Below, piece by piece: positions 1 to 11,473 of a stretch of 64,000 nucleotides of DNA. This DNA comes from Somniosus microcephalus (lineage: Eukaryota). Below the pieces are notes generated by a model. That model saw only the letters and a program-made list of their open reading frames with translations. It ran no database searches and was not told where the DNA came from. The DNA lies in NCBI GenBank assembly GCA_052327205.1, contig CM126211.1, positions 176,948,001-177,012,000 of the forward strand, given 5' to 3'. The stretch's first letter is position 1. Every line of letters starts with the position of its first letter. A program made the translations under genes and the position numbers.

Positions 1-200
1 AGTCAAAACAAACAAGTGCTACATCATTCAATTTATTTATTTTTTATTTCTCCAATATCTCCTTCCAGAGGGTGCCAAGATTCCATGTTATTTTTGCTTA
101 CCTGTATGTTTCTCTGTGGGACTATCAGCCAAAAATTTTAAATGGGAAATTAAAATTATGCCACGGGAGTACTGTTCATTTTTGCAAACCAGTTATTCAA

Positions 201-525
201 AATGTACCATTCCCAAAAATCTAAAGCTAGCAGATAATCTAGCCAAGCAATTAGAAAAACTTTAGAACAATGTGGGAAATGAGATTGTATCATGTCTCAT
301 TAAGCAGTCAAAAATGTCAGATCTGCTGTACTAATTACCTGTATGGGCAGAGAGACACTGAAAATACTTAATGGTCTTCAATTAGAAACAGATGAAGACA
401 AGACTGATAGCGGTTGTTCTTGGCAACACCTCTGATCAAATGATTAATGCAACCCGAGAAAAGCTCCAGAAATATACTGTAAATACTATGGAGAATTCCA
501 TGTCAGAAAAAGAATCCCACCTTGT
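201..525 (+). pseudogene. Decayed Gypsy gag remnant
   Basis: Frameshifted translation gives NVPFPKNLKLADNLAK..FRTMWE..KNVRSAVLITCMGRETLKILNGL and later CKYYGEFH. This resembles a Gypsy gag N-terminus and a degenerate zinc knuckle. Confidence 0.5.
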
Positions 526-667
526 AACAACTTTATAGCACCTTTAACATATTAAAACGTCCCAAGGCACTTAAGTCGCAAGTACAATGCATGTGGAGAA
601 TGGAACCATTTTTCAGCAAGTTCTCAGTTTCCAGAAATCAGAAAAAAGGCAACAACAGCTGCACTGT

Positions 668-1778
668 TCTTCTTCGGCAGTCCCTCGGAACCGAGGATGA
701 CTTGCTTCCACATTAAAAATGAGTTCTCAGGTGACTGATGAGTCCAATGTGGGACCTACAGGCTCTGTCACAGGTGGGGCAGACGGTGGTTGAAGGGGCA
801 GGTGGGTGGGGTCCTCGGGTTGACATGCGCTCCTTGCGCTGCCTGCACTTGGCTTCCGCTTGCTCCCGGTGAAGAGACTCGAGGTGTTCGGCGCCTTCCC
901 GGATGCTTCTCCTCCACTTTGTGCGGTCTTGGGCCAGGGATTCCCAGGTGTCGGTGGGGATGTTGCACTTTTTCAAGGAGCCTTTGAGGGTGTCCTTGAA
1001 GCGTTTCCTCTGCCCACTTGGGGCTCTCTTGCCGTGTCGGAGCTCCGAGTAGAGCGCTTGTTTTGGGAGTCTCGTATCAGGCATGCAGACAATGTGAACC
1101 GTCCATCGGAGCTGAGCGAGCGTAGTCAAAGCTTCGATGCTGGGGATGTTGGCCTGAGCAAGAACACTGACGTTGGTGCGTCTATCCTGCCAATGGATTT
1201 GCAGGATCTTGCAGAACCTCTCCAGTTCTTTGAGGTGCCTGCTGTACATGGTCCATGTCTCTGAAGTATACAGGAGGGTGGGTATCACTACTGCTCTGTA
1301 GACCATGAGCTTAGTGACAGGTTCGAGGTCCTGGTCTTCAAACACTCTCTTCCTCAGGCGACCGAAGGCTGCACTGGCACACTGAAGGCGGTGTTGGACT
1401 TGGTCATCGATGTCTGCCCATGTTGACAGTAGGCTCCCGAGGTATGGAAAGTGGTCCACGTTATCCAAGGCCTTGTCGTGGATTTTGATAATCGGGGGGC
1501 AGTACTGTGTGGCGGGGGCAAGTTGGTAGAGGGCCTTTGTCTTACGAATGTTTAGTGTAAGGCCTATGCTCTCGTACGCTTCGGTGAAGGTGTTAACGAT
1601 GGTTTGGAGTTTGACCTCAGTGTGCGCAGACGCAAGCGTCGTCTGCATACTGTAATTTGACGACAGAGGATGGGACGACCTTGGATCTGGACTGAAGGTG
1701 ACAGAGGTTGAACGGTTTCCCCGTTTGTTCTGTAAATTAGCTCCACTCCAGCGGGGAACTTACCGAGGGTGAGATGGA
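668..1778 (-). mobile_element. RTE-clade LINE, 5'-truncated
   Basis: ORF 713..1648 encodes the RT C-terminal half (FPYLGS, AFGRL, YRAVVIPTLLY) and a terminal C2H2 finger CPTCDRACRSHIGLISHLRTH. The 3' UTR has a stem-loop and (GAA)n tail. TSD GCACTGT at 661-667 and 1779-1785. Confidence 0.92.
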
Positions 1779-1789
1779 GCACTGTAGAT

Positions 1790-3720
1790 CAGCAGTGTCA
1801 AACATACAACCCAGGGTATGCTGTACCAAGTCTCCCTGAATTGGACATGACTCTCCCAGGCACTGCATCCAACAGCCTGGGAGAACTGCGCCTTTCAAAT
1901 TCTGCAACGCAGCAGCAGCTCCCCATTCCATAAAGTCACCTCCCAACAGCACACAGAACTGCTCCCACTTCGGGATGACCGGAAACTGAATCGGCTGGTG
2001 GAGGGGAGAGAGAGGACGAGCAAGGTTAGGTGCGGGGGTGGGCTAGAGGGTGAACAGAGACTAGGGAGCAACGATTGGGACTGGGTGGGGAAGGGGAAAT
2101 CGGGAGATCAGAACTGGAGGGTGGGGATGAGAAAATTGGGACGGGGAGAGGGCGACAGGAACTGGGGGTCAGGGGAGGGAGGGGGAAAAGAGGGGCACTG
2201 GAGAATGGGAGAGTGGGCATTGGACCCAGCATTTACTACAGAGTCGGGAGCAGCAACAGCAAAGTGGTGAGTGGGAGCCGCCAGTAAAGGAGTGAGTGAA
2301 ACTTGGGGACCTTACTGTGGATAAATAGTGAAAGATTCTCACCGCCCAGGGGAACTGCACGCCCCGATTTTACATCACAAGCTCCAACCACCGCCACACG
2401 CGCCAAGTTGGGAGAGATGGGGAACAACAAGCAGGACTGCCTTAGCCCATCTTCCTCGGCTCCTCTCTCGGGGCAACAAGCCCCACAAACAGCCCCGGCT
2501 TTACACCCCCGTCTCAGCTGTTGGCTCCTCGCTCGAAATCTTGCAAAGTTTGTAGCTGAAGCTCGAGCTTCAATCAGCAACAATGGGAACAGCTGAACAA
2601 CGGGATTTGGGGGGGGGGGGGGGGGGTGACTGACTGGGAGACTGGCTGTCCTGATGGTGAAGATTAGTTTTCCGAATTATTTGAGATTTTTGAGTTCAGG
2701 GGAGAATGCCCTGGCGGCTGGGATTTTATTGATACAAAATTACTAGCTTTAGTGCCTTTGTTACAAAAGAAAATCTAGCTTTGTTCAAAAGCAAAAATAA
2801 TTGTTTTAAGCTCTGACAATAGCCTTCATTGTAACTTTTGTCCTCTCCTTCTTAAACTGTGCAGTTTGTATCCAAGAACACATTGGGAGTAATTATGCAA
2901 ATTACCAGAACATTCACATGAATCATGAAATTCATTTTGTATTTCTTTGTGGACTTGAATGGAAAGCTCACGTGCTTGATTTGCAAGCAGCTATGGCTAT
3001 GGCAAAAGAATACACTATTTTCTGGAGGGCAATTTTCTGAAGAACTACATGCCAAAACCTGCAAAAATAGTGGGGTTGAAATTCAAGCATGCATCAGAAC
3101 CCTGGAGTTCACCTGAAATGGAGCCTTGGCCTCATTTTAATACAAGAGGCGAGCTGCTGGCATCTATCGCACCTCGAGGCAGATCCACCGATTATTGGGG
3201 ATCAAATCTGGGCCTGCTGCATTGTAGGCAAGTCCTGCAAGGCGAGGTGGTGGTAAAATGCAGGAGGGCCGGCAGCAGCCCACAGTTGTGCTGTGAAGCT
3301 TTGTTGGGGGAGGATGAAGTACTCCTGATCCTCCTCCTAGGTATAGGGATAGAATTTCCACAGGGGGGGATTCACCGAGCACCCGATGGAAATTGAGCAA
3401 AAACCTCAAACGTCCATCTCCAAAGTTATGGTGGGAGATTGGGTCACCCCAACATAGTTTTAAAAGACTCGTAGAACATTTGCTTCAAAAATGTTGAGAC
3501 TTGCAGATTCTGCAACTTGAGGTTTACAATACTATATGATTCACAACCTAAACTAAACTAAATTTTTGGGGAAAGTTATATAGAATTTGCATTTTCAAAA
3601 CAAGTCTTGCACAATGTTCTATGTAATTTTAAACTGGTACAAATTGAAGCATTCAGATCTGCAACAGTTCCAAAATTGAGTTGCTTGTGTGTCAGCTGCA
3701 TTCTTCCTTTTCAAGCTTGC
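1790..3720 (+). mobile_element. Decayed hAT (Charlie/SPIN-like) DNA transposon remnant, interrupted by other insertions
   Basis: TIR-like CAGCAGTGTCAAACATACAACCC at 1790. Around 2935-3020 the sequence encodes YFFVDLNGKLTCLICKQ..AMAKEY, matching the N-terminal Zn-finger region of Charlie/GTF2IRD2-type transposases. Right end not found. Confidence 0.5.
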
Positions 3721-4069
3721 ACAAAAGCCTAGCAGTCCAGCAGCAAGGAGATTTACACACCAGCATGGCATTCTTTTTGGAAATTGTGAGGTAGGATGAG
3801 ATAAAACAGTTATATTAAAAAGACTTGTACTTTACTTTTCTCCCCAAGGAATGGGGAGAGGAAAAAGGGGGAAAAGAAAAGTTTTTATGCTTCAAGTTTA
3901 ATATTCTAAAATGGTAGATCACACGGATTGTGATCAATAGTGAAAAGCATTTCCAGAGCATTAGATACTTTTTTCAGGTCACTAGATCCTGTTTATAATC
4001 CTCTTCTACAGATCAGAAACAAAGCCCAGAACTAAACACTATTTCTTAAATTTTAAGGAAAAAAGGGGC

Positions 4070-5117
4070 AGGCTCTTTTTCCGAGTGGCAGGCAGTGACT
4101 AGTGGGGTACTGCAGGGATCGGTCCTTGGACCACAGCTATTCACAATATATATTAATGATCTGGACGAGGGAACTAGACGTAATATCTCCAAGTTTGCAG
4201 ACGACACAAAGCTGGGTGGGCGTGTGTGCTGTGAGGAGGATGCTGAGAAACTCCATTATGATTTGGACAGGTTGGGTGATTGGGCAGAAGCATGGTAGAT
4301 GCAATATAACATGGATAAATGCGACGTTATCCACTTTGGTGGCAAAAACAGGAAGGCAGATTATCTGAATGGCAATAGATTGGGAGAAGGGGAAGTGCAA
4401 CGAGACCTGAGTGTCCTTGTGCACCAGTCGCTGAAAGTAAGCATGCAGGTGCAGCAGGCGGTTAAGAAGGCAAATGGTATGTTGGCCTTCGTAGCGAGAA
4501 GGTTTGAGTACAGGAACAAGGATGTCTTGCTCCAGTTGTACAGGGCCTTGGTGAGACCACATCTTGAGTATTGTGTGCAGTTTTGGTCGCCTTATCTGAG
4601 GAAGGATGTTCTTGCCATGGAAGGAGTGCAGCGAAGATTCACCAGGCTGATACCTGGGATGGCAGGAATGACGTATGAGGAGAGATTGGATCGACTGGGC
4701 TTGTACTCGCTGGAGTTTAGAAGAATGAGGGGATCTCATCGAAACTTATAAAATTCTAACAGGACTAGACAGACTGGATGCTGGAAGGATGTTCCCGATG
4801 GCCGGGGAGTCCAGAACCAGGGGTCACAGTCTAAGGATAAGGGGTAAGCCATTTGGGACAGAGAGGAGGAATTTCTTCACCCAGAGAGTGGTGAACCTGT
4901 GGAATTCTCTGCCAAAGAAGGCAGTAGAGGCCAATTCATTCAATATATTCAAGAAGGAGTTGGATATATTTCTTAAGGCTAAAGGGATCAAGGGATATGG
5001 AGAGAAGGCAGGAACAGGGTACTGAATTTGGATGATCAGCCATGATCTTACTGAATGGCGGAGCAGGCTCGAGGGGCCGAATGGCCTACTCCTGCTCCTA
5101 TCTTCTATGTTTCTATG
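4070..5117 (+). mobile_element. CR1 LINE 3' fragment
   Basis: [36 protein letters not shown] and RTRGHSL motifs; 3' stem-loop and (TTCTATGT)n tail. Confidence 0.95.
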
Positions 5118-5589
5118 ACACAACTGCTTGAACTGTGCAACAAAACTGGGCATGCTCAAATTATATTACAAATGTTGCAGAGTTCATTTAGGTCCATTAG
5201 CATCAAACCCACTGCAGGACAGTTTGATAGGTGAAATAGCTAAGGATGAGGCCGAAAAAGGATGAGGCCGAAAGAGATCTAGAAATCTTTGTAGACTCAA
5301 CATGTTCAACTAAAGGAGAGCAGCCATCAACAAAGCCTATTGTATGTTGAACTACATAGCCACAATACAGAATGCAGGTCCAACAAAGTGCCGTTCAAAC
5401 TGTACAGACCACACTTTGAATACTGCATCCAATTCTGGTGCCAAGGAGACATTTAGCTGCTGGAGGCAGTGTAGAGAGGAGTCACTGTTGCTAGTGTCAG
5501 GAATCTAAGTTACGAGGAAAGACTGGAGAAACTTAGGCTTTTCAGCCTGGAAAGGAGGCATCTGAGAGATGATCTTGGAGGCAAAAATT

Positions 5590-7772
5590 TGGCAGGTGTT
5601 GAGTATAATGTGGGAAAATGTGGGTTATCCACTTTGGTAGGAAGAATAAAAAAGCAAAATATTATTTAAATGTAGAGACTACAGAATGCTGCAGTACAGA
5701 CGGATCTGGGTGTCCTCGTACATGAAACACAAAAAGTTAGCATGCAGGTACAGCAAGTAATTAGGAAGGCAAATGGAAAATTGGCCTTTATTGCAAGGGG
5801 GATGGATTATAAAAGTAGGGAAGTCTTGCTACAACTGTACAGGGTGTTAGTGAGCCCACACCTGGAATACTGCGTACAGTTTTGTTCTCCTTATTTAAGG
5901 AAGGATATACTTGAATTGGAGGCAATTCAGAGAAGGTTCACTAGGTTGATTACTGAGTTGAAGGTATTTTTTATTCGTTTATGGGATGCGGGCGTCGCTG
6001 GCAAGGCCAGCATTTATTGCCCATCTCTAATTGCCCTCGAGAAGGTGATGGTAAGCCACCTTCTTGAACCACTGCAGTCCGTGTGGTGAAGGTACTCCCA
6101 CAGTGCTGTTAGGTAGGGAGTTCCAGGATTTTGACACAGTGACTGAAGGATCGGTGATATATTTCCAAGTCAGGATGTTGTGCGACTTGGAGGGGAACTT
6201 GGCGGCGGTGGTGCTCCCATGCGCCTGCTGCCCTTGTCCTACTAGGTGAAAGAGGTCACGGGTTTGGAAGGTGCTGCCGAAGAAGCCTTGGCGAGTTGCT
6301 GCAGTGCATCTTGTAGATGGTACACACTACAGCCACGGTACGCCAGTGGTGGAGGGAGTGAATGTTTAAGGTGGTGGATGAGGTGCCAATCAAGCGGGCT
6401 GCTTTGTCCTGGATGGTGTCGAGCTTCGAGTGTTGTTGGAACTGCACTCATCCAGGAAAGTGGGGAGTATTCCATCACACTCCTTACTTGTGCCTTGTAG
6501 ATGGTGGAAAGGCTTTGGGGAGTCAGGAGGTGAGACACTCGCCGCAGAATACCCAGCCTCTGACCTGCTCCTGTTGCCACAATATTTATGTGGCTGGCCC
6601 AGTTAAGTTTCTGGTCAATGGTGACCCCCCAGGATGTTGATGGTGGGGGACTTGGCGATGGTAATGCCGTTGAATGTCAAGGGGCAGTGGTTAGACTCTC
6701 GCTTGTTGGAGATTGTCATTGCCTGGCACTTGTGTGATGCCAATGTTACCTGCCACTTATCAGCCCAAGCCTGATCGTCGTCCAGGTCTTGTTGCATGTG
6801 GGCATGGACTGCTTCATTATCTGAGGAGTTGTGAATGGCACTGAACACTGTGCAGTCATCAGCAAACATCCCCATTTCTGACCTTATGTTGGAGGAAAGG
6901 TCATTGATGAAGCAGCTGAAGATGTTTGGGCCTAGGACACTGCCCCAGGAAACATCTGCAGTGATGTCCTGGGGCTGTGATGATTGACCTTCAATCACTA
7001 CAACCATCTTCCATTGTGCTATGTATGACTCCAGTCAGTGCAGAGTTCCACCCCCCACCGATTCCCATGGACTTCAGTTTTACTAGGGCTCCTTGATGCC
7101 AGACTCGGTCAAATGCTGCCTTGATGTCAAGGGCACTCACTCTCACCTCACCTCTGGAATTCAGCTCCTTTGTCAATGTTTGCACCAAGGCTGTAATGAG
7201 GTCAGGAGCAGAGTGGTCTTGGCGGAACCCAAACTGGGCATCAGTGAGCAGGTTATTGGTAAGTGCCGTTTGATAGCACTGTCGATTACACCTTTCATCA
7301 CTTTGCTGATGATTGAGAGTAGACTGATGGGGCGATAATTGGTCTTGTGAGGAAAGATTGAGCCTATACTCATTGGAGTTTAGAAGAATGAAACGTGATC
7401 TTATTGAAACATAAGATTCTGAGGGAGCTTGGCAGGGTAGATGTTTCCCCTCGTGGGGGAATCTAGAACTAGGGGGCATAGTTTCAGAATAAGGGGTCGC
7501 CCATTTAAAACGGAGATGAGGAGGAATTTCTTCCCTCAGAGGGTCATGAATCTTTGGAATTCTCCACCCGAGAGAGCTGTGGAGGCTGATTCATTGAATA
7601 TATTCAAGGCGGAGATAGTCAGATTTTTGAAAAACAGGCGAATCAAGGGTTATGGGGAGCGGGCAGGAAAGTGGAGTTGAGGCCAAGATCAGATCAGCCA
7701 TGATCTTATTGAATAGCAGGGCAGGCTTGAGCAGCCAAATGGCCTAGTCCTGCTCCTATTTCTTATGTTATG
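5590..7772 (+). mobile_element. CR1 LINE 3' fragment split by a Zenon-like LINE (parts ~5590-5964 and ~7344-7772)
   Basis: ORFs 5742.. and 7441.. carry consecutive CR1 RT C-terminal motifs; tail TTCTTATGTTATG at ~7760. Confidence 0.88.
5966..7343 (-). mobile_element. CR1-Zenon-like LINE fragment
   Basis: NYRPISLLSIISKVM, ALDIKAAFDRVWH, MFADD, YKAQVRSVMEYS and LDTIQDKAARLIG motifs; A-rich tail at ~5966. Confidence 0.85.
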
Positions 7773-7875
7773 TAAAAGAGCTCAGGTAATAAAAAAGATA
7801 CAACGGTATCTTTAGGATTGATAAAGAATAAAGAAATTTTGGATACACTTTGCCTCTGTAGTGAAATCAAACCAT

Positions 7876-8585
7876 GGCCCGTATTTTCCGACGCCTATGG
7901 GTGTGTACGAGCTGTGTACACACCCGTAGGGACATCGGAAATGCCGGTTTCAGGCATGCAAAGCTCTTGACAGATCGGATGCCGGCCCTGGAGAAGGGCC
8001 TCTGCAGGTGGGGATTTCCGCTTTCTGGAGAACCTCCGCCCGCTGAAAACCCTTAGAAATCTTATGCCTGGTAAAAGTAGGCATAAGGCCTGCTTTAGCA
8101 GCATAAGATTCGAAAAAAAGTAAAAAAAGACATTTTTTTTCCCCATTCATAATTTTAAAATACTTTTTTTAAGTTTATTTTTAGCCCTGTAAAAAAGTAA
8201 TTTTTTTTCAAAAAATTATATTTGTTTAATATATTTAATTTAATGTAATTTTAACTCATTTTTAAAACATGATGGTTTTAAAAAAAATGTATTTAATGTT
8301 TTAGTGTGTTTTTGGGGTGATCTCCATTCATATATTTGACAGGTCTATCTGTCAAAAGTATGAAGGGAGGTTCCCTTCTCCTATTGGCTGGCCTGGCCCA
8401 CGTGATCCCAGGGACACTTGCGAACTGCGTGCGCCCCTGGGATACATGGGCCCTGCGCATTTCGACTGTGGAGAGGCCCAGGAGTGGAAGTGTCCGGACC
8501 TCGGGAGCCCTCAGGCAAGTTCGTAGATTTTTTCCCGACAGGAGGCATCCACACACAGGAAGCCTCCTATCGGAACTTATGGGCC
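7876..8585. mobile_element. Non-autonomous DNA transposon (PIF/Harbinger-like MITE)
   Basis: Imperfect TIRs GGCCCGTATTTTCCGA and TCGGAACTTATGGGCC; 3-bp flanks CAT and AAT; AT-rich core. Confidence 0.6.
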
Positions 8586-9096
8586 AATATGTTTTTATTT
8601 ATTCTTGGGGGTAGCAAGGAAAATGATTAGGTTCAGTTACAGACCTCAATATGTAGTCATAGCAGTGAAACTAAAGTATTTCACACATGTGAATAGTCTA
8701 TGCCAACAGTTACCATCTTGAACCCAAGTGGTCAAAAGGTCTCAATTGGGTAATAGAACTTCACAAGTCCAGGGTTCATCATCATAACCAAAATCATTCA
8801 AAAATGTAGATTATCTGAATTTAGAATTTTTACCCACCTAAAATTCTATTTACTCCGATCTGAATTCTTCAATCCCTCAGCTTTTCATCATGTATTATAT
8901 TCCACTTTAAATATATAACCCTAGAAATTGCCAATATCAGCAGATGAACACATCACATCCTTGTTTATCATTCTTCTGCCTGCTATTTTAGCTTCGATGT
9001 TATCCCACCCATGCTCTCTCATGAGTAGCATTGACAAAAGGCTAGTCATGCTAGAATTACATGAAATTCATGAAATAGGGGAAGACAGCAAGTAGA

Positions 9097-9882
9097 TTTT
9101 TTTTTTTTTAATTCGTTTATGGGATGTGGGCATCGCTGGCAGGGCCAGCATTTATTGCCCATCCCCAACTGTCCTCGAGAAGGTGGTGGTGAACCACCTT
9201 TTTGAACCGCTGCAGTACGTGTGGTGCAGGTACTCCCACAGTGCTGTTAGGGAGGGCGTTCCAGAATTTTGACCCAGCGATGATGAAGGAACAGCAATAT
9301 ACTTCCAAGTCAGGATGGTGTGTGACTTGGAAGTGGTGGTGGTGTTCCCGTGCGCCTGCTGCCCTTGTCCTTCTAGGTGGAAGAGGTCGCGGGTTTGGGA
9401 GGTGCTGCCGAAGAAGTCTTGGCGAGTTGCTGCAGTGCATCTTGTAGATGGTACACACTGCAGCCACGGTACACCGGTGGTGGAGGGGGTGAATGTTTAA
9501 GGTGGATGGGGTGCCAATCAAGGCGGGCTGCTTTGTGCTGGATGGTGTCAAGCTTCTGGAGTGTTGTTGGAGCTGCACTCATCCAGGCAAGTGGAGAGTG
9601 TTCCAGCACACTCCTTACTTGTGTCTTGTAGATGATGGAAAGGCTTTGGGGAGTCAGGAGGAGAGACACTCGCTGCAGAATACCTAGCTTCCGATCTGCT
9701 CTTGTTGCTACAGTATTTATGTGGCTGGTCCAATTAAGTTTCTGGTCAATGGTGACCCCCAGAATGTTGATGGTGGGGGATTCGGCGATGGTAATGCCGT
9801 TGAATGTCAAGGGGCGGTGGTCAGACTCTCGCTTGTTGGAGATAGACATTGCCTGGCACTTGTGTGCACGAATGTTACCTGA
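9097..9882 (-). mobile_element. CR1-Zenon-like LINE 3' fragment
   Basis: Same family as 5966-7343 (ILGVTIDQKLNW, LDTIQHKAA, CTIYKMHC); poly-A tail at ~9097-9109. Confidence 0.88.
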
Positions 9883-10096
9883 TCATTGGAGCAATCATTT
9901 CTAGAGGTAATGGTGTGTATTAAGGTGCTGACAGCAGAGAGAGAAAGGGATAACTGGGCAATTTTCCAGAGATGTAGGTAGAAAGGTCGGCTCAGGGTCA
10001 AGTTGAATGCCAAGGTGCAAAAGAACCTGGTTCAGTGCAGAGACTAATAGAGCAGGAGCCAGAAACATGTAGGTACTGATAGGAACCAAAAAGAAT

Positions 10097-11222
10097 GGTC
10101 CAGAATTTGCGGTGTAGCTAAGGAGTATGCTGCCGACATCCGAACGAAATCCACAGTTACATGGTGTGAACCCCCATTGAGAACTTGCGTTCTACCTTTG
10201 CGGAGTTGCACGCAGCTTAGTGGCCCACAGATCTTACGAGCGCACCATTGTGCGTAAGCGTACCTGGGGTCATGTGGGGTGGGGAGGTGCTCCTTTCACT
10301 AGCCGATCAGGAAACATAGAAAGCCCAGTGTAGTGTTATGTAGTTACAACTTGTAAATTAAACGGTGTGATACTAAGTATATGTATTTGACCAAAGTCCT
10401 CCTCGGTTCCGAGGGACTGCCTAAGAGGAGAAGTATTTGACCAGTACAGTACTTGGCTTTAAAAAGCACAGGGAATACTTTGAAGTAAGTACAGATAGTT
10501 ACTGGAAGACGCTGCAAATTAAAAAAAGATTAAGATCTCATCCCTCAAAACCAGCCTTGGGAACTCCGCTCTATCTTGATTTAGTTTTTCCAAGACTAAC
10601 AAAACTACTTTATAACATCTCTCTTTGTGATATTCTGCAAACAGTGGCCGCAATGTCATGAATTTCAACCACAGTTTTATCCCGATTCACATTAGCCTTT
10701 CTGTCATATTACGCACAATAGCGATTTTCTATCACTTTCTAACAACAGATCATATGAAGTAGAAAGAAAGAGATAGGTTTACGGGATAACAGAATATTTC
10801 TGAACGGATGCTAATTGTTTCGATAGCAACTGAAATGCAGTCAATGTAATGACTGTAATAGTTAGGTGGAATATGACAGTCTTCACACCCTCTTACAGTT
10901 TGGTACATGGCACTTTTACGTGTTTGTTTTTAATTATTATACAATTTTTTTATTCCCCCTCCCCCTATGCTGTGTAAACAGGCTCCTACGCCTGTTTGCA
11001 ACAGCCATAAAAATTTCCAGCGTAATTGATGAGCAATAAGTGGGCAATTAGCCCAACTTTTTACTAGCACATCATTTGAATGAAGACTTGAAAGTCGCAG
11101 CTGATCATCTATCTATTCGGAACTTGACAGATCGCAAGTTCAGGATTTAGCGCACGCGCTATCGCGAACTTGCGGTCAATTTCAAAGGCTGCGTCATACC
11201 GACCGTAAATTAATTCAAGGCC
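10097..11222. mobile_element. Possible Harbinger-like non-autonomous element
   Basis: Left end GGTCCAGAATTTGCGG resembles the reverse complement of the right end (GGCCTTGAATT..TACGG); flanks AAT and ATT. Confidence 0.4.
10394..10432 (+). mobile_element. 39-bp RTE 3'-tip insertion
   Basis: AAGTCCTCCTCGGTTCCGAGGGACTGCCTAAGAGGAGAA matches the 3' end of the RTE at 668. 11-bp TSD GTATTTGACCA at 10383-10393 and 10433-10443. Confidence 0.88.
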
Positions 11223-11473
11223 ATTGGCTTTAATTATGCAAACAGTGAGCTGAAGGAAATTTCAGCTCACCTGTGGCTCGATTTAGAAATTATGGAAAAA
11301 GTAGGAGTCCATGGTGTTGATGCGGAGGTAAAGTTGGGTACCATTTGTAAAAACATGAAAGCTGACTCCGCTATGGGCAATCTCGCCATTGCAAATTGCA
11401 TCGAAACTCCAACCAAATTGTCAAGTTGTCATAACACGTGCATCTTGGATTTTCTTTTTCAAAAAGCTTTCAA

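Noticed and set aside
96-135. Possible 12-nt minus-strand microexon (CAG|AGAAACATACAG|GTAAGC)
   Set aside because: Competing AG just upstream, lies next to a Gypsy relic, and no other support.
2609-2626. Poly-G run
   Set aside because: A simple homopolymer of unreliable length with no further structure.
3702-3797. Possible 75-nt + strand exon (TTTTCAAG|...GAG|GTAGG)
   Set aside because: Peptide not recognised, weak splice sites, and it abuts a hAT remnant.
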